This document shows positions 63,293-64,000 of a DNA stretch of 64,000 nt, piece by piece. The translations under genes were made by a program, and so were the position numbers. Source of the stretch: Sphyrna mokarran. Taxonomy: Eukaryota. Positions within the stretch are counted from its first letter, which is position 1; each line of letters begins with the position of its first letter. A model generated the notes under the pieces. It saw only the letters and a program-made list of their open reading frames with translations. It had not been told where the DNA came from and did not search any database. The stretch lies in NCBI GenBank assembly GCA_024679065.1, contig JAGIQG010000017.1:40672001-40736000 (forward strand). The letters are read 5' to 3'.

Positions 63293-63476
63293 GTTGTAGG
63301 ACATAAAGAAGGCCTAGATGTCATGGAAAGAGCTGACCCACTGTTTCTTTTGATTGGACTTCCAACCATTCCTGTTATGCTTATTTTGGGAAAGATGATT
63401 CGTTGGGAGGACTATGTGCTAAGACTGTGGCGAAAATACTCCAATAAGTTGCAAATTTTAAACAGTATATTTCCAG
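63293..63476 (+). CDS. MARCHF5: MARCHF5 coding exon 4, 184 nt (second transmembrane helix)
   Basis: Acceptor ttttgaAG|GTT and donor CCAG|GTAATC. Translates VVGHKEGLDVMERADPLFLLIGLPTIPVMLILGKMIRWEDYVLRLWRKYSNKLQILNSIFP(G). Phase 0 to phase 1. Confidence 0.97.
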
Positions 63477-63522
63477 GTAATCCAAATACATCTAGCAGTA
63501 TATTTCAATGGGATAAAGTTGT

Positions 63523-63618
63523 AATAAAAATAAAAAATATTGGAAAAACTCAGCAGGTTTGGCAGCATCCGTGGAGAGTGAAACCGAGTTAACGTTTCAA
63601 GTCCATGTGACTTCAGAG
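63523..63618 (-). repeat. Penelope-like terminal remnant with decayed hammerhead core
   Basis: The minus strand reads CTGAAGTCACATGGACTTGAAACGTTAACTCGGTTTCACTCTCCACGGATGCTGCCAAACCTGCTGAG. Confidence 0.65.
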
Positions 63619-64000
63619 TTTATTTTTATTTTGGTTCTTTTACTTTAATGGGATTAAGTTCTCCAGACAACTGACGAAGTATAAATTATGCATTCCTTTT
63701 ATTTGAAAATACTTTTTTTTAATCAAAACCTACGAAGAATTATTGTTGTGGGTTGCAAATGTTTGTCTATTTGGTGCGAATACAAAATATTGAATCTGCA
63801 GTGTTTGTTTCTTATTACTTCATTTATACAGATGGGAACATCAGGAAACTAACTACAAAATTAATGCAACTTTGATCATGTGGGTGCCCATCTGCCCATC
63901 CATTCTCCTATCCACCCCTCCTACTGAACATCTGGCATAGAATCATGTCTTTTCCACCACTGTGTCCCATTCTCATCTTTTTATATATCCTGTCTCACCA

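Noticed and set aside
63263-63592. 109-aa ORF as an independent gene
   Set aside because: It is exon 4 plus flanking intron, running into a Penelope-like remnant.

Overview
Eukaryotic, AT-rich, repeat-dense genomic DNA. The repeat repertoire (HE1-like V-SINEs, Deu- and LF-type SINEs, many CR1, RTE, Rex1/Babar and L2 fragments) points to a cartilaginous fish, probably a shark; this is an inference. The whole window lies inside one + strand gene, MARCHF5 (MARCH5/MITOL, mitochondrial RING-CH E3 ligase). Three coding exons are present (22569-22771, 60598-60728, 63293-63476; 203/131/184 nt, GT-AG, compatible phases). The first exon and the 3' exons lie outside the window. Apart from the ORFs overlapping these exons, an intact CR1 ORF2 tail and a CYP2-like relic, the supplied ORFs are LINE debris or spurious. 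Most notable: (1) a ~225-nt minus-strand SINE-like insertion whose head is the 5' end of U2 snRNA (53762-53987); (2) an orphan, decayed CYP2-type first exon antisense in intron 2 (37504-37690); (3) a near-perfect 213-bp inverted duplication (4664-4876 / 5477-5689) whose left arm interrupts a CR1 that itself appears to split an LF-SINE; (4) Penelope-type palindromic remnants with decayed hammerhead cores; (5) two related solo-LTR-like elements. Repeat names come from recalled consensus motifs, not database searches, and most repeat boundaries are approximate (tens of nt).
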